A DNA stretch of 64,000 nt from Myxococcales bacterium (lineage in GTDB: Bacteria > Myxococcota_A > Polyangia > Polyangiales > DASUME01): the NCBI GenBank assembly GCA_047601445.1, contig JASGJH010000001.1, positions 4,576,001-4,640,000 of the forward strand, written 5' to 3'. Of the stretch, positions 1 to 8,950 are shown piece by piece. A model generated the notes under the pieces. That model was not told the DNA's origin. It was given only the letters and a program-made list of their open reading frames with translations, and did no database searches. The number at the start of each line of letters is the position of its first letter. Position 1 is the first letter of the stretch. The translations under genes were made by a program, and so were the position numbers.

Positions 1-303
1 GACGACGCCGCCGTCCGGAACGCCCGCGTCCTGATCCGTCGGGCCACAGGGCCGGTCCGGCAGCGTAGGCAGTGCGCCGGCATCGCCCGAAGCGCCGAGA
101 TCGCCCTCGAATTCGCCATCGCCATCGCCCCTCGCGCCGTCGTCTTCGGGCTCGTCCGGCGGCGGCGGCGACTCGTGGTCAGCTGGCCCGGGTCCCTTCG
201 GGGGCTCGGATCCTCCGCTGCCCACCACCGGGAAATCGGTCGTGGGCCCCCCGGCACAGCCGGCGAGCAGGCACCACCACAGAACCCGGGAGCGGGTAAG
301 CAT
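1..303 (-). CDS. Putative lipoprotein (partial, runs off the left edge; not in the ORF track)
   Basis: Manual translation from ATG 303: MLTRSRVLWWCLLAGC-AGGPTTDFPVVGSGG...DDGARGDGDGE...DAGVPDGGVV, open to position 1. LAGC lipobox, acidic Asp/Gly linker, GAAGGGA RBS-like sequence upstream. Confidence 0.75.
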   Translation of the reverse strand, partial: MLTRSRVLWWCLLAGCAGGPTTDFPVVGSGGSEPPKGPGPADHESPPPPDEPEDDGARGDGDGEFEGDLGASGDAGALPTLPDRPCGPTDQDAGVPDGGVV

Positions 304-412
304 AAAGTCCCTTCACTTTCGCAGTTCCCCGAGGTTTCCACAAGGCAGCTCACCTGGCGGGGCGTAAGCCGGCTCACCGATGGACCCGTGGCCGAGGGCG
401 ACTCGCCATGAA

Positions 413-447
413 TTGACATCACAAAGGACGCCCTTATACTCCGCCAC
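413..447 (+). promoter_or_regulatory. Sigma70-type stable-RNA promoter for tRNA-Met
   Basis: TTGACA (413-418), 16-bp spacer, TATACT (435-440), then GC-rich discriminator CCGCCAC, about 40 bp upstream of the tRNA. Confidence 0.85.
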
Positions 448-480
448 CTTCGAACCCGGCCTTGTGCCGGCTCGAACGTT

Positions 481-554
481 GGCGACATAGCTCAGTTGGT
501 CAGAGCGGGCGTTTCATACGCGCTAGGTCGGTAGTTCAAATCTACCTGTCGCCA
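481..554 (+). tRNA. tRNA with CAT anticodon, most likely elongator tRNA-Met
   Basis: Acceptor stem GGCGACA/TGTCGCC, D-arm TAGCTCAGTTGGTCAGAGC, anticodon loop TTCATAC, T-loop GTTCAAATC. A paired G1-C72 argues against initiator; Ile2 is not fully excluded. The 3' end reads A-CCC, so CCA is not fully encoded. Confidence 0.93.
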
Positions 555-584
555 CCCTTAGTTCTCCTCCCCAGCCGGATGCTC

Positions 585-609
585 CGGACACGTCGTCCAG
601 ACGTGTCCG
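585..609. terminator. Perfect 10-bp hairpin between convergent tRNA and EamA genes
   Basis: CGGACACGTC-GTCCA-GACGTGTCCG. No U-tract, so the terminator role is uncertain. Confidence 0.4.
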
Positions 610-657
610 TGCGCGCTCCGCACGCAGTCGCACGCTTGCAACCCTACTGGCTCACCG

Positions 658-1080
658 CTAGCGGTCGCCCAGGGTCAGCAGCGCGCCTGCCACCATGAGC
701 GCCGCGCCCGCCGCGAGGCGCCACGACAACTTTTCTCCGAGCACGAGCACGGCAAGCGCGATGGTCAGGGGCAGACTGAGTTTGTCGAGCGGCGCCACGC
801 GCGATGCCGGCGCGAGCTGCAGGGCCCTGAAATAGGCGAGCCACGAGAGCCCCGTCGCAAGTCCGGACAGGGTCAGGAAAAGCCACGAGCGCGCGCTGAC
901 CTCGCGCACGGCGCGTAGCTCGCCCGCCCCGAGCGCGACCGCCCAGGCGAAGGCGAGTGCGCAGCTGGTGCGCACGGCCAGCGCGAGGTTCGAAGGCACC
1001 CCTGCCACCCCGAGCTTGGCCAGGATGGCAGTGGCCGAAGCGGCTAACGCGGCGAACAGCGCGTAGGCCCACCAGCTCAT
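658..1080 (-). CDS. EamA/DMT-family small membrane transporter
   Basis: About 140 aa hydrophobic protein with ILAKLG, GLSWLAYFRALQ, VAPLDKLS and LGEKL motifs. Start moved to ATG 1080 (MSWWAY). Confidence 0.88.
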   Translation of the reverse strand: MSWWAYALFAALAASATAILAKLGVAGVPSNLALAVRTSCALAFAWAVALGAGELRAVREVSARSWLFLTLSGLATGLSWLAYFRALQLAPASRVAPLDKLSLPLTIALAVLVLGEKLSWRLAAGAALMVAGALLTLGDR

Positions 1081-1173
1081 CGGGATGCACTCCAAGCGGC
1101 GCGTGGTTGGCTCGCGGTCGGGCTCATCCACTCAAGATAGCCCAGGGACCGCGGCTCGGGGCCGCCTGACGCT

Positions 1174-2319
1174 TCACTGCTCGATTTGACGTTCCCAGCT
1201 GAAGGGCCCGAACGCGTCGTTGCCGTTCGGCAGGTTCTGGCCCGGGTCGACCTTGAGGCGCAGGTACTCGAGCGGGAACGTGCTGCCGTGAACCACGACG
1301 CGGTGGAAGTTCGGCACGTCGTAGCCAGGGTGCATGTAGTTGAGCGGATCGGAGGCCGACAGGGGGTTGTCGGAGCGGTACACGTGGGAGTCGCCGTTCA
1401 GCATCAACACGGGACGACCAAAGGCCTGCGTGTTCTCGGCGATGTTGGCCACGAAGGGCTCGTAGCCGGTCTGGTGAGCGGCGCCCTTCTCGGCGTCCCA
1501 CATATCGGCCTGCGCGATGATCGCCACGGCCTTCACGCCGGTGACGCGCGCGACGAGGAACGCGGAGTCGAGCCAACGCAGCGTGGCTCCGGTGCGCTTC
1601 TCGCGCTCCGTGGTCTGCTCGGCGCTCTCGGTGGGCGCGCCGTACCAGATGTCTTGATCGTTGTTCGAGCCGCCGGGCATGTTGACGGCCACGAACAGGA
1701 CGCGGTTCTGTTCCCACATCACGTTTTCGACGTACTCGCGATCGCTGGGGTGACGCGGATCGAACAGCACGCCCTGGGAGAGCACGATCTTGCGACCGCC
1801 GCCGAGCGCGAGGCCGGGCGCGGGGAAGAAGATGGAGCGCACGAGCGCGAGGTTCGCCACCGGGTTGCCGCCATCGTAGTCGATCGTGTTGCCGGTGGAG
1901 TCGAGCAGGTACTTGATGGTGCCCGTGGCCGAGTCGTAGCTGCCGCCGCCTTCGGCGGTCTTGTGGCAGTCGGCCCACTCGTTGTCGCCAGGCGTGTAGA
2001 CGAGCGGATCCTGGAAGTGACTCCAGAGATCGTAGACGGTGCGGTCGTAGGCCTCGGTGCAGTACTGCTTGCCCGAGTGAATGTCGCCGACGTGAACCAC
2101 GAGCTCCACGTCCGGATCCGCGTTGACCGCGTCCACGAAGGCAGGGGTCGCCGACAGCTCGGCGGTGTCGGTGGGATTGGTGCCGTAGGGGGCGTCGCCG
2201 AACACGGCGATGGTGACCGGGCGCGTCTTGGGCCCGACGGCGTGGGCGGCGGGCGCCCCGCACAGCGTGCTGACGGCGAGGGCCGCCGGCACGAACAGAA
2301 TTCGACTGGAAATCGACAT
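1174..2319 (-). CDS. Secreted calcineurin-like metallophosphoesterase
   Basis: Signal peptide ending AHA; motifs GDAPY, HVGDI, TPGDNEW, NGDSH. Start ATG 2319 with GGAG RBS. Confidence 0.85.
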   Translation of the reverse strand: MSISSRILFVPAALAVSTLCGAPAAHAVGPKTRPVTIAVFGDAPYGTNPTDTAELSATPAFVDAVNADPDVELVVHVGDIHSGKQYCTEAYDRTVYDLWSHFQDPLVYTPGDNEWADCHKTAEGGGSYDSATGTIKYLLDSTGNTIDYDGGNPVANLALVRSIFFPAPGLALGGGRKIVLSQGVLFDPRHPSDREYVENVMWEQNRVLFVAVNMPGGSNNDQDIWYGAPTESAEQTTEREKRTGATLRWLDSAFLVARVTGVKAVAIIAQADMWDAEKGAAHQTGYEPFVANIAENTQAFGRPVLMLNGDSHVYRSDNPLSASDPLNYMHPGYDVPNFHRVVVHGSTFPLEYLRLKVDPGQNLPNGNDAFGPFSWERQIEQ

Positions 2320-2530
2320 CGCTTCTCTCCTGGAAAACGCGCAAGAACGAGCGCGTTCGAAGTGCCAGGGCCCTACGCGAGCAGGATGCCGTTCGGGCGG
2401 CACTTCCGTGACGAATCACGCACATGCGCGCTTCTTCATTCGAGGGACGCTCGAATTCGGAGAGAGAAATCAACGCGGATCAAGTGCGAGCACGCTCTCG
2501 AAGCTCACGCGTCGCGGCGTACCCAGCGGC

Positions 2531-5500
2531 CTATTCGGCGTGACCTGGGTGAAGCGCTCGCTGACGTCGCCCTCGGCGACGCTGCCTTCGCTGTGCGTTG
2601 ACGCTCATCAGGCGCTCGATGAACACGAACAACGAGGGCACGAAGAAGATCCCGAGCAAGGTGGCGGCCAACATGCCGGACACCACGGTGGTCCCCATGA
2701 TTCGGCGTCCGCCCGCGCCCGCGCCGCTGGCAAACCACAGCGGCAAGCAGCCTGCGATGAAGGCGAACGAGGTCATCAAGATGGGGCGCAGTCGCAGGCG
2801 CGCGGCCTCGATCGCGGCGTCCATCAAACTTTGGCCCTGCTCGAGCCGCAGCTTGGCGAACTCCACGATCAAGATCGCGTTCTTGGCGGTGAGACCCACC
2901 AGCATCACCAGGCCGATCTGGGCGAACACGTTGTTGTCGAAGCGCCGCGAGAGCAGTCCCAGGTAGGCCCCGAGGATGGCGACCGGCGTGCTCAGGAGCA
3001 CGCTGAAGGGCAACGACCAACTCTCGTAGAGGGCCGCCAGGATCAGGAACACGAACACCAAGGACAGCGCCAGGGCACGCGCGGAGTTACCGCCCGCGAT
3101 GCGCTCCTGATACGAGAGCGCGTTCCAGTCGTAGCCCATGCCCGAAGGCAGCACGTTCTTGGCCACCTCCTCGAGGGCATCGAGCGCCTGCCCCGAACTG
3201 TAGCCAGGCGCCGGCTGCCCGAGCACCTCGGCGGCTCGGTAGAGGTTGAAACGTGAGGTGTACTCGGGGCCGCTCACCGAGCGCATGCGCACCAGGGTCG
3301 AGAGCGGGACCATCTCGCCTTGCACGTTGCGTACGTGGAGCTGGGTAAGGTCATCGGTCTTCTCACGATACTCGGGGGCAGCCTGCGCGAACACGCGCCA
3401 CTGGCGGCCGAAGCGCGTGAAGTCGTTGATGTACACGCCGCCCCAAAAGGTCTGCAGAGCGCCGTAAATCTCGGGTAGCGGCACGCCCACCTTGAGCGCC
3501 TTCTCCTTGTCCACCTCGGCGAACAGCTGGGGCACGTCGGCCGAGAAGGTCGTGAGCACGCCGGTGAGCTCCTTGCGCTTGTGCGCCTCGGTGACGAAGC
3601 GCTGCACGTGGGTAGCGAGGTAGTCCACCGTGGAGCCGCTCCGATCCTGCAGCATCATGCTGAAGCCGCCGGTAGCGCTGATGCCGGGAATGGCGGGCGG
3701 CAACACGGCGAACAGGGTGGCCCCTGGGATCTTCGAGAAGGCGATGTTGAGCTTCTGGGCGATGGCCTTGGCGTCGAGAGCACGCCCACGCTCCTTCCAG
3801 GGCTTGAGCCCCACGAAGGCGGTGCCCGAGTAGGTGGCCGTGGTGCGCGTGAGGATGCTGAAGCCTGCGATCGAGTTGTAGGCGCGCACGCCCTCGGTCT
3901 TGGAGATGACGGACTCCATCTGCCGGAACACGGAGCGCGTGCGCTCCAGGGACGCGCCGCTCGGGAGCTGCACACCCACGACCAGATAGCCCTGATCCTC
4001 GTCCGGCACGAAGCCACTCGGCAAGCGCGAACCCGAGAGCAGCGCAATGCCCGTGACGCCCGCCAAGAGCAGCAGCGGGATGGCCAGCTTGCGCATCAAC
4101 AGACGGTTGACCCGCACGTAGCCCTCGGTGGTGCGCTCGAACCAGGCGTTGAAGCGCCGCCCCGCGCGCCCGAAGAAGCCGCGCGCTTCCTGCTTGGGCC
4201 TGAGGAGCATTGCGCTCAAGGCCGGGCTCAAGGTGAGCGCGTTGAAGGCGCTGATCAGCACGCTGATGGCGATGGTGAGGGCAAACTGCTGGTAGAGCCG
4301 ACCGGTGATGCCGCCCATGAAGGCCACTGGCACGAACACCGCGGCCAAGATCAGCGCGATGCCGATCACCGGCGCCGAGACTTCGCTCATGGCCTTGAGC
4401 GTGGCCTCCTTGGGACTCAGCCCCTGCTCGATGTGATGCTGCACCGCCTCCACCACCACGATGGCGTCGTCCACCACCAGGCCGATGGCCAGCACCAGAC
4501 CAAATAGCGAGAGGGTGTTGATGGAGAAGCCGAGCAACGGGAAGATGGCGAAGGCACCGATCAGCGAGACCGGCACCGTGAGCAAAGGAATCAAGGTGGC
4601 GCGGAAGCTCTGCAAGAACACGAATACCACGATCACCACCAGAATCACGGCTTCGAACAGGGTCTGAAGGATCTCTTCGATGCCACCCTTCACCGGCAAG
4701 GTGGTGTCCAGGGACACGGCATACTCGAGGCCAGGAGGGAAACGCTCCTTGAGCTCGGCGAGCTTCGCCTGGATCTCCGACGCCACCTCGAGCGCGTTCG
4801 AGCCGGGCGACTGGAACGCGGCGACCACGGCCGCGGGCTTGCCGTTGTAGGCGCCGGCCTGGCCATAGGTGAGCGCACCGAGCTCCACGCGAGCCACGTC
4901 GCGCAGGGACACCAGCGAGCCGTCGGGGGTCTGACGCAGGATGATCGCCTCGAACTCCTCGGGCGTCACCAGGCGCCCCTGGGCACGCACCGTATAGGTG
5001 AGCGGTGTGCCCGGTGTGGCGGGTTCGGCGCCCACGCGCCCTGCCGGATTCACCGTGTTTTGGGCACGCACGGCAGCCTGTACGTCGTTCACGGTGAGGC
5101 CCAGGCGCGCCATCAGGTCCGGCTTGAGCCAAATGCGCAGGGCGTACTGCGAGGAGCCGAAGTTCACGATGTCGCCCACGCCCTTGATGCGCGCGAGCAC
5201 GTCGTTGACGTTGATCAAGGCGTAGTTGGAGAGGAAGTTGGCGTCGTAGCGACCGTCGGGCGAGTAGAACGAGAACACGATCAGCGGGAAGGCCAGGGAC
5301 TTCTTGATCGTGACGCCGTAGTTCTTCACATCCTGGGGCAACTGGGCCTGGGCCTGCGAGAAGCGGTTCTGCACCAGCACGTTGTCGATGTCGATGTCGC
5401 TGTCTACGTCGAAGGTGACGTTCTGGGTCATCGTGCCGTCGTTGGCGTTGATCGACTGGATATACAGGCTCTTGTCGACGCCGTTCATCTGCTGTTCGAT

Positions 5501-5692
5501 GGGCGTCGCCACCGCTTGCTCGATGGTGACCGCGTCGGCACCCGTGTACGTGGTGGTCAGCTGTACCTGGGGCGGCACGATCTCCGGATACTGCGAGATG
5601 GGCAGACCCAAGATGGACACCACGCCCAAGAGCGTGGTGAGCAGCGCGATCACGATGGCCACGATGGGGCGTCGAATGAAGAAGGCCGCCAT
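2531..5692 (-). CDS. RND (HAE1, AcrB-like) efflux permease
   Basis: 1053 aa; FFIRRP N-terminus; proton-relay motifs VDDAIVVVE, TAKNAILIVEF and RLRPILMTS are intact. Confidence 0.97.
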   Translation of the reverse strand: MAAFFIRRPIVAIVIALLTTLLGVVSILGLPISQYPEIVPPQVQLTTTYTGADAVTIEQAVATPIEQQMNGVDKSLYIQSINANDGTMTQNVTFDVDSDIDIDNVLVQNRFSQAQAQLPQDVKNYGVTIKKSLAFPLIVFSFYSPDGRYDANFLSNYALINVNDVLARIKGVGDIVNFGSSQYALRIWLKPDLMARLGLTVNDVQAAVRAQNTVNPAGRVGAEPATPGTPLTYTVRAQGRLVTPEEFEAIILRQTPDGSLVSLRDVARVELGALTYGQAGAYNGKPAAVVAAFQSPGSNALEVASEIQAKLAELKERFPPGLEYAVSLDTTLPVKGGIEEILQTLFEAVILVVIVVFVFLQSFRATLIPLLTVPVSLIGAFAIFPLLGFSINTLSLFGLVLAIGLVVDDAIVVVEAVQHHIEQGLSPKEATLKAMSEVSAPVIGIALILAAVFVPVAFMGGITGRLYQQFALTIAISVLISAFNALTLSPALSAMLLRPKQEARGFFGRAGRRFNAWFERTTEGYVRVNRLLMRKLAIPLLLLAGVTGIALLSGSRLPSGFVPDEDQGYLVVGVQLPSGASLERTRSVFRQMESVISKTEGVRAYNSIAGFSILTRTTATYSGTAFVGLKPWKERGRALDAKAIAQKLNIAFSKIPGATLFAVLPPAIPGISATGGFSMMLQDRSGSTVDYLATHVQRFVTEAHKRKELTGVLTTFSADVPQLFAEVDKEKALKVGVPLPEIYGALQTFWGGVYINDFTRFGRQWRVFAQAAPEYREKTDDLTQLHVRNVQGEMVPLSTLVRMRSVSGPEYTSRFNLYRAAEVLGQPAPGYSSGQALDALEEVAKNVLPSGMGYDWNALSYQERIAGGNSARALALSLVFVFLILAALYESWSLPFSVLLSTPVAILGAYLGLLSRRFDNNVFAQIGLVMLVGLTAKNAILIVEFAKLRLEQGQSLMDAAIEAARLRLRPILMTSFAFIAGCLPLWFASGAGAGGRRIMGTTVVSGMLAATLLGIFFVPSLFVFIERLMSVNAQRRQRRRGRRQRALHPGHAE

Positions 5693-5701
5693 GATCTTCC
5701 C

Positions 5702-6949
5702 TCAGGGTTCGTCCAGGCGCGCGCTCTTCTGCGGCACGTGCTTGGGCACCACGCGACTCCCGTCCTTCACCTTCTGGATTCCCTCCACCACCACGCGCTC
5801 TCCCTGTGAGACGCCCTTCTTGATCACGCGCTGGTCGTCCACGCGCGCACCGACCTCCACGGGCCGCAGCTGCACCACGTTGTCGTCGCCGACCACCGCC
5901 AGCGAGAAGGTCCCCTGCACCTCGATCAAGGACTTCTCCGCCACCACCAGGGTCTGGTTCTTCTGTGTGTCGGGACGCTGGATACGGACGCGACCGTACT
6001 GCCCAGGGCGCAAGACCTGATCGGGGTTGGGGAACAGGCACTCGAGGCCGATGGTGGCTGTGGCCGGGTCGATCTCGCGATCGGCCGAGATGATGACGCC
6101 CTGGTGCGGGTACACGCTGCCGTCGGCCAACACCAGCTCGATGCCGGCCACGCCTTGCTCGGTGGTGCCTTTGCTCGCGAGGGAGCTGAACTGACGCTGA
6201 GCCCAGGCGAGGTCGCGTCCCTCGAACTGCTTGGTGCGCTGCGCGTAGCGGATGTACTCGACCTCGGCGACCGAGAAGCGCACGCGCATGGGATCGATCT
6301 GCGACACCGTGGTGAGCAAGGTGGGTCCATCTTTGCCGACCAGGTTGCCGACGCGCACCTGGGCCACGCCCGCGACACCGTCCACTGGAGAGCGAATCTG
6401 GGTATAGGAGAGGTTGATCTCGGCTTGCTCGAGCGAGGCCTTGGCCGCCGTCTCCTGACCTGTCGCGTCCTGCTTGGCGGCCAGTGCCTCGTCGTAGGCC
6501 TGGCGCGGGGTCGCCTTCATCTGCACCAGCTGCTCCTGGCGCTCGAGCTGGGTTTGCCCCAGCGCACGCGCCGCCTTGGCGCGTTCGAGGTTGCCACGCG
6601 CCAGGCTGGCCTGAGCCGAGTACTCGCTGGGATCGATGGTAAACAGCAGCTGCCCGGTCTTCACGCGCGCCCCATCCTGGTACTTCTGCGACTCCAGATA
6701 GCCGCTCACGCGCGCGCGGATCTCGGCGTTCACGTAGCCGTCGAGCACGGCCACCGCCTCGATGTATTCCTTCACGTCGCGCGTCTCGACCTCGTCCACC
6801 AACACGGTGGGCGGCGGTGGCGCCTTGGGTGCGGCCTGACCGCCGCAAGCAGCCAGCGCAAAAGGCAGCGCGCAGAGCGCCGCGACCCACGCCCATCTGA
6901 AGGGCGCACCCCTATTCCGATGCCGCTCGGGCGCGTGGGCAGGTGCCAT
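5702..6949 (-). CDS. RND periplasmic adaptor (MFP) lipoprotein
   Basis: LAAC lipobox; EIRARVSGYL, YTQIRSPVDG and LRPGQYGRVRI motifs; 9 bp upstream of the permease. Confidence 0.95.
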   Translation of the reverse strand: MAPAHAPERHRNRGAPFRWAWVAALCALPFALAACGGQAAPKAPPPPTVLVDEVETRDVKEYIEAVAVLDGYVNAEIRARVSGYLESQKYQDGARVKTGQLLFTIDPSEYSAQASLARGNLERAKAARALGQTQLERQEQLVQMKATPRQAYDEALAAKQDATGQETAAKASLEQAEINLSYTQIRSPVDGVAGVAQVRVGNLVGKDGPTLLTTVSQIDPMRVRFSVAEVEYIRYAQRTKQFEGRDLAWAQRQFSSLASKGTTEQGVAGIELVLADGSVYPHQGVIISADREIDPATATIGLECLFPNPDQVLRPGQYGRVRIQRPDTQKNQTLVVAEKSLIEVQGTFSLAVVGDDNVVQLRPVEVGARVDDQRVIKKGVSQGERVVVEGIQKVKDGSRVVPKHVPQKSARLDEP

Positions 6950-7170
6950 TCTTTCTGGTTAGCGCGCGCGGGCGAGGCGAGGGTCGAGTTGGCTGAAAAT
7001 GCCACGTCGATCACGGCACTTGGACCTCCGCGCCACAAGCTGCGCCTGCTCACCCGGCGTGCGCGGTCGTGCCCGCTGAGGCGGGCGCGGTCGAACGTAG
7101 CTCTCACGCGAGCTCTGAGAATCCATCAAGCCCCTCGCCAAGGCGCCCAGTTTTGGCGTAGATCTCGCTC

Positions 7171-7803
7171 ATGGCCGAGAACACTGCGCATCCCCTGCCT
7201 TCGCCTGTCGTCGCTCGCGCGCCCGAGGACTCGCTTCGACCCCCCGAGCGCGCCCAGTTCAGGCGCATGGACGAAAGCAGCCGCGCCGAATGGATGTTGA
7301 TCGGACGCGCCACCGTGGAGCTGCAGCCCGAGGTCCCCGAGCGCGTGCTCGCCATGCTGCGCAGCCTCGAGGGTATGTACGCGGGCTTCGGCGTCGACCA
7401 GCTGCATCACGCGCTGCAGACCGCGAGCATGGCCAAGCGCGCCAATGCGAGCGACGAGATGGTGCTGGTCGCGCTGTGCCATGACGTGGGCAAGGCGATC
7501 TCCATCCAGAACCACGCCGCCATCGCCGCCGAGATGCTCAAGCCCTATGTGTCCGACGACGCCTACCACGTGCTGCGGACCCATCAGGACTTTCAGGGCC
7601 GCCACTACTACGAGCACTTCGGCATGAGCGCCAACCTGCGCGCGCAGTATGCGCACGAGCCATGGTTCGCGCTGGCCGAGCAGTTCACGGACGAGTGGGA
7701 TCAGGCGGCTTTCGACCCGGACTACCCTGTGCTGCCGCTCGCAGAGTTCGAGCCACTCGTGCGCGAGAAGCTCGGACGGTTCACCTTCGGTGCCAAGAAG
7801 TAG
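7171..7803 (+). CDS. HD-domain metal-dependent hydrolase/oxygenase
   Basis: HHALQTA...LCHDVGK...NHA...H...WDQ metal-ligand pattern. Confidence 0.85.
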   Translation: MAENTAHPLPSPVVARAPEDSLRPPERAQFRRMDESSRAEWMLIGRATVELQPEVPERVLAMLRSLEGMYAGFGVDQLHHALQTASMAKRANASDEMVLVALCHDVGKAISIQNHAAIAAEMLKPYVSDDAYHVLRTHQDFQGRHYYEHFGMSANLRAQYAHEPWFALAEQFTDEWDQAAFDPDYPVLPLAEFEPLVREKLGRFTFGAKK

Positions 7804-7809
7804 CGCCAG

Positions 7810-8676
7810 TCACGGGGCGAGCAGGGCCTCGCACTGAGCCGGCCAACCTTTGCCCTGCACCACGTTCTTCTGGTACTCGGTCTGGGCCTTTTTACGCTCT
7901 GCCTGGGCCTTCTCGTCGAACCACCAGTCGAGCTGGTCGCAGCCATCGCCCTCAGCGAGCGCCGCCTGGGGCTTGCAGTCCTGACTGTCGGCAGGGCACG
8001 TGAGGCGCGCGTGGAAGTGATCGTCGTGACCATGCCAGGGACGCAGCTTGCGTAGCCAGGCGCGCTGGGCGGGATCTTCGCTGGTGCACAGCTCGCGCTT
8101 GATCACCGGGTTCACGAAGATCCGGTCCACGTGGTTGTCCTCGCTGGCGATGCGCAGGATCTCGGTCACGTAGTGCTTCCACGTGGGCTGGATCTGCTGG
8201 CCCTTCTGGAGCACGCTGCGCGCCGAGGTGGTCTCGCGTGCTTCCATCGAAAGCGGCGTCTTGCGAGCGCTCTTGGGGTGCCAGAACCACACGTCCACAT
8301 CGAGCCCGCTCTGGTGGCTCGAGTGTCCGCCGTTGGCTCGCCCGCCGCGCGGCTGGCTGAGATCGCCCACCAACACCACGCCCAGCTTCTTCTTCACGGC
8401 GCGCTTGCCCATGCCCTGGATGAAGCCCAGCAAGTCCGGATGGCCGAAGTAGCGCAGCCGACTCGGGTGCATCACCTGGTACCCGACTCCGTCGAGGGCG
8501 AGTGCGTGCGCCCCCTGAATGCAGCCCGCGGAGTAGTCACCGATGGCTCGCGGCGCACCCGGCGCGGGCTCCTTGAAGTTGCCCCACGGATTGTCGGCGG
8601 GCAGCCCCATGGCGACGCCGGCCGTGAGAAGAACAAGGGAAAACGCCGACCAAGCTCGCGTCGCGCCACGCACCAT
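7810..8676 (-). CDS. mepA: Penicillin-insensitive murein endopeptidase
   Basis: IGDYSAGC, RYFGHP, GDLSQPRGG, GHSSHQSGLDVD, RIFVNP, RPWHGHDDHFH; signal peptide. Start ATG 8676 with GAGGGA RBS. Confidence 0.9.
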   Translation of the reverse strand: MVRGATRAWSAFSLVLLTAGVAMGLPADNPWGNFKEPAPGAPRAIGDYSAGCIQGAHALALDGVGYQVMHPSRLRYFGHPDLLGFIQGMGKRAVKKKLGVVLVGDLSQPRGGRANGGHSSHQSGLDVDVWFWHPKSARKTPLSMEARETTSARSVLQKGQQIQPTWKHYVTEILRIASEDNHVDRIFVNPVIKRELCTSEDPAQRAWLRKLRPWHGHDDHFHARLTCPADSQDCKPQAALAEGDGCDQLDWWFDEKAQAERKKAQTEYQKNVVQGKGWPAQCEALLAP

Positions 8677-8732
8677 TCCCTCAGTATGCACGACTTCCAG
8701 GCGCTTTCGAAAAAGGGCCCAAACAGGGGAAG

Positions 8733-8930
8733 GCGTGGGCGCAGGTGTAGGTGAAGCCGGAGCGGTCCGTCGCGAACCTGTCACGCTGACCTGGACTTGG
8801 TCTGGGACGTTGACGGCGACGGTGTGCGTGCGCGTCACGACGTTCTGAGGTCAACGGCGAGGCGGCCACGCACACCGTCGCCGTCGCCTTCGCCGTCAAA
8901 GTTGATGTCCACCACCACGCTCACGACCAG
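8733..8930. repeat. Degenerate hexamer-periodic intergenic element with a 19-bp inverted repeat
   Basis: GACGGCGACGGTGTGCGTG (8812-8830) and its exact reverse complement (8867-8885), within loosely 6-nt-periodic sequence. Confidence 0.65.
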
Positions 8931-8950
8931 CGAATGTCTATCAGCGCGCC

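Noticed and set aside
481..700. tRNA-anchored genomic island or prophage
   Set aside because: No integrase, no duplicated tRNA 3' end noticed, and no phage genes in the window.
2531..2610. Frameshift at the Arg-rich RND C-terminus
   Set aside because: The tail lies after the last TM helix, and no alternative frame is clearly better.
3363..6896. 1177-aa ORF and many other long overlapping ORFs (e.g. 1124-2473, 26278-27852, 30508-32307, 32445-34685, 53289-55058)
   Set aside because: Arg/Gly/Ala-rich or antisense shadow frames of well-supported genes, as expected in high-GC DNA.
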